Of a stretch of 64,000 bases of DNA, positions 60,264 to 64,000 are shown piece by piece (positions within the stretch are counted from its first letter, which is position 1; every line of letters starts with the position of its first letter). Source of the DNA: an uncultured bacterium (lineage in GTDB: Bacteria > Babelota > Babeliae > Babelales > Babelaceae). The notes beneath the pieces were generated by a model. The model ran no database searches. It worked only from the letters and a program-made list of their open reading frames with translations, and was not told the DNA's origin. The stretch is from NCBI GenBank assembly GCA_963717435.1, contig OY970332.1, positions 896,001-960,000 of the forward strand, read 5' to 3'. The position numbers and the translations under genes are program-made.

Positions 60264-60426
60264 TTGAGTCTGGCAAGCTCAACTTTTGGGCGATATTGTT
60301 CGACAAAATATTGCTTTCTGGTAATATAAACTCTGATTTTCTCTTCCAACTCTGGATTTTAGAAATCATCCAAATATATAATGTTTATAAGTTTGATTTA
60401 ATAACCGACATTTTTAGGTAGGGTTT

Positions 60427-62247
60427 ATGAAAGATATTAATTTCAATAAGTTCAAGGGCGGTCCTCGTAATTTTTTATTGCTACTTATAATTTTAGCAGC
60501 AGGTATTGTTGTTCTTACAAAGTTAACTGACTTTACCAAGCTAAGACGTAGCATAAGTTACTCATCTTTTTTAAAGCATGTAGAAGATAATAAAGTTGAT
60601 ACTGTTCATGTAATAGGCCAAGAGGCTGTTGGAAAACTAAAAGATGGCAGTTATTTTGAAACTGTTATTGCTGATAGACCACAAAACTGGGATCTAATGA
60701 AAGAGCATGGGGTTAACTTTTCAGTTGCACCTGCTTCAACCCAATTTACATTCTGGCATATCTTATTGTTACTAGCTTTTTTGGTTGCACCAATAGCAGT
60801 CTGGTTTTTCTTGCGCCAAACTCGTAACCAAAATGGTGGCGGTGGGAGCGGGAACATTTTTAGTATGTCTAAAAGCAAAGCTAAAATGTTCATGCCATCT
60901 CAAATTAAGACAAATTTTAATTCTGTTGCCGGCGTTGAAGAAGCAAAAGAAGAACTTGCTGACGTTGTAGATTTTCTTAAAAATCCTGATAAATACAAAA
61001 GACTTGGTGCAAAATTAACAAAAGGCGTGCTGCTTATCGGTGAACCAGGTAACGGTAAAACTTTACTTGCTAAAGCTGTAGCCGGTGAAGCAAATTGCCC
61101 ATTTTTTAGTATCAGCGGCTCAGACTTTATAGAAGTTTTTGTTGGTGTTGGTGCTGCAAGAGTAAGAGATCTTTTTGCTCAGGCCCGCAAATATTCCCCA
61201 TGTATTATTTTTATTGATGAAATCGATGCTGTTGGTCGTCATAGAGGTAGTGGTCTAGGTGGTGGTCACGATGAACGTGAACAAACATTAAATCAGTTGC
61301 TTACAGAAATGGACGGCTTTGATACCGGTAATTCTGCAATTGTTGTTATCGCGGCAACAAACAGACCTGACGTTCTTGATAAAGCTTTATTAAGACCTGG
61401 CAGATTTGATCGTCAAGTTCATGTGCCGTATCCTGATTTGAAAAGTCGTGAAGCAATATTAAAGGTTCATGGCAAAGATGTAAAAATGGCACCGAATATA
61501 GATTATCAAAAAATCGCTCGTGGAACCCCAGGGTTTACCGGCGCTGATTTGGCTAACCTAATTAACGAAGCTGCTATAGTTGCATCTAAATTGGATAAAG
61601 CTGAAGTTACTATGGAAGATATTGACGAAGCACGCGATAAACTTATGATCGGTAAAAAGATCAAGTCTAAGATTCTTTCAGATGAAGAACGTAAAGTAAC
61701 AGCTTATCATGAGGCTGGTCACGCACTTGCGATATTGTTGCAACCTGGCGAGGTTGACCCGTTACATAAGATTACAATAGCCCCTAGAGGTGGTGCACTT
61801 GGCGTAACCCACTACTTGCCTGAAAGAGAAAAGTTTATTGTAACCAGAGAAAATATGATGGCGGATATAGTTAGATCTGTTGGCGGTCGTGCTGCTGAAG
61901 AGATAATCTTTAATGTTCTATCAACTGGCGCTTACAGTGATTTCAAAACTGCGACAAGTATCGCTCGTTCTATGATCTGTAACTACGGCATGTCTGAAAA
62001 GCTTGGCCATGTTGTTTATAAACAAGACGAGCATCATCAACTATCTGGGCACACTTTGAGACTTATCGAAGAAGAGATTAAAAACATAGTCGACGAGTGT
62101 TACAAAAAAGCTTTAGATTTGTTAAAAGCAAATCGCGACAAGCTTGATAAGTTGGCAACAACTTTACTTGATAAAGAAACGCTAGAAGCACAAGAGGTTT
62201 ATGAACTTTTGGATATCGCACCAAGAGAACAGCATAAGCTTGTTTAA
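60427..62247 (+). CDS. ftsH: ATP-dependent zinc metalloprotease FtsH
   Basis: Two [39 protein letters not shown]. Confidence 0.98.
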   Translation: MKDINFNKFKGGPRNFLLLLIILAAGIVVLTKLTDFTKLRRSISYSSFLKHVEDNKVDTVHVIGQEAVGKLKDGSYFETVIADRPQNWDLMKEHGVNFSVAPASTQFTFWHILLLLAFLVAPIAVWFFLRQTRNQNGGGGSGNIFSMSKSKAKMFMPSQIKTNFNSVAGVEEAKEELADVVDFLKNPDKYKRLGAKLTKGVLLIGEPGNGKTLLAKAVAGEANCPFFSISGSDFIEVFVGVGAARVRDLFAQARKYSPCIIFIDEIDAVGRHRGSGLGGGHDEREQTLNQLLTEMDGFDTGNSAIVVIAATNRPDVLDKALLRPGRFDRQVHVPYPDLKSREAILKVHGKDVKMAPNIDYQKIARGTPGFTGADLANLINEAAIVASKLDKAEVTMEDIDEARDKLMIGKKIKSKILSDEERKVTAYHEAGHALAILLQPGEVDPLHKITIAPRGGALGVTHYLPEREKFIVTRENMMADIVRSVGGRAAEEIIFNVLSTGAYSDFKTATSIARSMICNYGMSEKLGHVVYKQDEHHQLSGHTLRLIEEEIKNIVDECYKKALDLLKANRDKLDKLATTLLDKETLEAQEVYELLDIAPREQHKLV

Positions 62248-62273
62248 ATTAGTATAAAATTGGTAAAACTAAG

Positions 62274-62294
62274 GGGCCGGAATTTATCCGGCCC
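62274..62294 (+). terminator. Terminator hairpin after ftsH
   Basis: GGGCCGGA-attta-TCCGGCCC. Confidence 0.65.
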
Positions 62295-62327
62295 TTATTA
62301 TTAATATTTTTTCTAGAGTGAGTAGTT

Positions 62328-63122
62328 ATGGAGCAAATTAATCTAAATAAATTGGTTCTTGATGTCGAACAAGTTATAACCCAGGCTGGGGACATTTTGC
62401 TCTCCCATTTCAGAAAAGAGACGAAACGGGTCGATAAAGCAAATGGGCAGGGTTTTGTGACTGAAGCAGACACTGTTTCTGAACAGTTTTTGATAGAGAA
62501 TTTAACAAAGCTTTTCCCCCAAGCCAGTATTTACGCAGAAGAATCAGGTAAATCGGGTAAATCTGTGGATGGCTACTGCTGGGTTATTGATCCACTGGAT
62601 GGCACAACCAATTTTGCTTACGGCATCCCATACTTTTCTATCTCAATCGCGCTTACCCATAATAATATCCCCATTTTGGGAGTAGTTTATGACCCCATAA
62701 CAAAAGATTTATTTACGGCTATTTCGGGTAACGGCACATACTTGAATAAGCAAAAAATACAGGTTTCGAAGATCAATAAGCTTGAAAAGGCATGCCTGCT
62801 TTTGTCTGTCCCTTATGTAAAAGATCATGATTATGAAAAATTACTTAAAGTGGCCAACATAATCGATATGAAATCTTTTGTTACCCGCCAACTTGGGTCG
62901 GTAGTCTTAGATGCAGCTTATGTCGCCTGCGGCCGTGTCGATGGGTACTATTTTAATAATTTAGCCTGGTGGGATGTCGCTGCTGGCATGTTACTAATTC
63001 AGGAAGCTGGCGGGCTTGTTACAGACTTTTCAGGCGGCCCAATAATCCCTGGGTATAAAACCTGCGTCGGCGCCAACCCCCAAATTTACGGCCAAATTAA
63101 GTCTATCTTGGCAGGTTATTAG
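62328..63122 (+). CDS. suhB: Inositol monophosphatase family protein
   Basis: VTEAD, AEES, WVIDPLDGTTNF, WDVAAG.L.IQEAGG. Confidence 0.92.
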   Translation: MEQINLNKLVLDVEQVITQAGDILLSHFRKETKRVDKANGQGFVTEADTVSEQFLIENLTKLFPQASIYAEESGKSGKSVDGYCWVIDPLDGTTNFAYGIPYFSISIALTHNNIPILGVVYDPITKDLFTAISGNGTYLNKQKIQVSKINKLEKACLLLSVPYVKDHDYEKLLKVANIIDMKSFVTRQLGSVVLDAAYVACGRVDGYYFNNLAWWDVAAGMLLIQEAGGLVTDFSGGPIIPGYKTCVGANPQIYGQIKSILAGY

Positions 63123-63163
63123 GCCCCATACGTCTTTGATATTTTACAAGATTCACGATTGCG

Positions 63164-63223
63164 GCGCTCGCCCTGAGTGTTTTTCGTAGCTCTTCAGAGC
63201 GCAGAAAAATGTATCGAATGGGT
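63164..63223 (+). repeat. REP-like palindromic element, locus 5
   Basis: GCGCTCGCCCTGAGTG-tttttCGTAGctcttcagagCGCAGaaaaa-TGTATCGAATGGG. Confidence 0.9.
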
Positions 63224-63343
63224 GCGCCGGGAAATATCCAGTATCACATAAATTGCCAATATTAGTTATTTTTGGTAAATTTATTATTCCCAGTTGTAAA
63301 AATTATAAAAATTAAAGATCTTATCTTATTTATCACAGGTTTT

Positions 63344-63691
63344 ATGAATATTAAAAATTATTTTCATGTATTAGTTCTTATCTGTTTTTTATCTAGCTTT
63401 TCAGGCGCATTTTCCCATGGGCCAGAATCCACAGTTGTTAAGCATCAGGCTGAATTGGTTAAAGAAAAACTACAAGCAATGCATAAAAGCGGCAATCACG
63501 GGGCTACCGAGCTTCATGCTGCAGTTATGGTTCATGCTTTTGATTGGATAAAATGCTGGGTACAACTAAATATAAATAAACCTGGATTTTGCTCTCTTAT
63601 TAGACAAAGAGATAGTTATTCGTTAACCCCGTACCATCTGGCTAACTATGTGCTGGCTCCCGATATAGCAGAATACTTGGCTAGATACTAA
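63344..63691 (+). CDS. Small secreted ankyrin-like protein
   Basis: Signal peptide; GATELHAAV...RDSYSLTPYHLA...IAEYL. Confidence 0.6.
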   Translation: MNIKNYFHVLVLICFLSSFSGAFSHGPESTVVKHQAELVKEKLQAMHKSGNHGATELHAAVMVHAFDWIKCWVQLNINKPGFCSLIRQRDSYSLTPYHLANYVLAPDIAEYLARY

Positions 63692-63803
63692 AATATTTGA
63701 GATATTAAGTTTATTGTAATTGAAAAAGTTGCTATTTATAGTATAATTTTAAGTAAATTAGACTTGAAATTATAGATTCGTCGTCCAGAAAGGTTTTAAA
63801 TTT

Positions 63804-64000
63804 ATGTCACGTATATGCTGTGTCTGCGACAAAAGGCCCCAAGTTGCCAACATGGTCAGCCACGCAAAAAATAGAGTAAAAAAGATGGTTTATCCAAACG
63901 TTCATAGAATGCGTTTTGTGATGCCACATTCCGGATCTGAAGTTCACGCTGGAAATGTGTGCACAAAGTGTGTTAAGGCTCGTAAGGTACAAAAAGTAAT
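63804..64000 (+). CDS. rpmB: 50S ribosomal protein L28 (zinc-ribbon form; truncated by window end)
   Basis: MSRICCVCDKRPQVANMVSHAKNRVKKMVYPNV...VCTKCVKA; not in ORF track. Confidence 0.92.
   Translation, partial: MSRICCVCDKRPQVANMVSHAKNRVKKMVYPNVHRMRFVMPHSGSEVHAGNVCTKCVKARKVQKV

Noticed and set aside
39227-62294. GGCCGG...CCGGCC hairpins (39227, 43891, 62274) as a mobile repeat family
   Set aside because: They are short, two sit directly after gene ends, and they are adequately explained as intrinsic terminators.

Overview
AT-rich bacterial chromosomal segment that reads like an obligate intracellular protist parasite, most likely Ca. Dependentiae/Babelota (TM6). This is inferred from an NTT ATP/ADP translocase, many signal-peptide ankyrin proteins, a eukaryote-like PP2C and a scrambled core gene order. 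Housekeeping genes: gyrB (one frameshift), tilS, tadA, dksA, rpsI, glmS, ctpA, rapZ, ftsB, sod, lysS, recJ, cmk, lon (about 10 indels), rpsB, dnaX, der, hpf, dsbD, cca, tolQRAB, ftsH, suhB and a partial rpmB. RNA genes: tRNA-Thr(CGT), tRNA-Ser(GGA) and an SRP RNA. Most notable: (1) a 6.4-kb integrase-less island bounded by ~35-bp direct repeats (43854-50243), carrying a signal-peptide polymorphic toxin with an Ntox17-like tip, its coupled immunity gene, a DUF3800-like gene and lipoproteins; (2) a nested REP-like palindrome family whose variable central hairpins are bracketed by CGHAG pentamers; (3) two tandem ankyrin proteins that both end in CaaX prenylation boxes, next to a PP2C; (4) a cluster of small Cys-rich lipoproteins/peptides; (5) a TrpR/YerC repressor with a visible operator over its -10 box, heading an amino-acid ABC importer. 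All family assignments come from motif recognition by eye; no database search was run.
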